DNA of 64,000 bases from Elsinoe ampelina. Lineage: Eukaryota. The position numbers and the translations under genes were made by a program. Position 1 is the first letter of the stretch. Every line of letters starts with the position of its first letter. Positions 63,995 through 64,000 of this stretch are shown piece after piece. The stretch spans positions 344,506-408,505 of the forward strand of contig ML992508.1 in NCBI GenBank assembly GCA_010093995.1, given 5' to 3'. Below the pieces are notes generated by a model that made no database searches, was not told where the DNA came from, and saw nothing but the letters and a program-made list of their open reading frames with translations.

Positions 63995-64000
63995 CCCGCA

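Overview
Gene-dense window from a filamentous ascomycete (Pezizomycotina; probably a Dothideomycete, by impression only). Most introns are ~50 nt GT-AG. It holds about 21 protein-coding genes: a PTH11-like membrane protein, a type II NADH dehydrogenase, a YwbE/DUF2196 protein, an MFS transporter, TRM140, MRPL25, PUP3, a SWIM-finger protein, GFA1, two GH43 hydrolases, a gamma-glutamyltranspeptidase, PRP39, PRO1, a SAM-PH protein, URA6, a FAD oxidase, a Zn2Cys6 factor, HEL2, eIF3m and two hypothetical proteins. A 12.3-kb AT-rich block (20923-33212) is two full-length, RIP-mutated Ty1/copia LTR retrotransposons. They sit head-to-head 81 bp apart, each with intact 5-bp target-site duplications, inside what was a ~800-bp divergent promoter between the two GH43 genes. 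The most interesting candidate signals are: (1) a 304-nt PRP39 intron containing a putative stop-bearing cassette exon; (2) a mitochondrial-presequence/TM ORF in frame with URA6 and separated from it by one TGA; (3) a recurrent strand-independent C-rich to G-rich compositional switch; (4) a RIP gradient that spares the gene-facing LTRs; (5) two decayed secreted-protein genes; (6) a 142-bp tandem duplication of the NDH-2 3' end. All calls come from reading the sequence; no searches were run.
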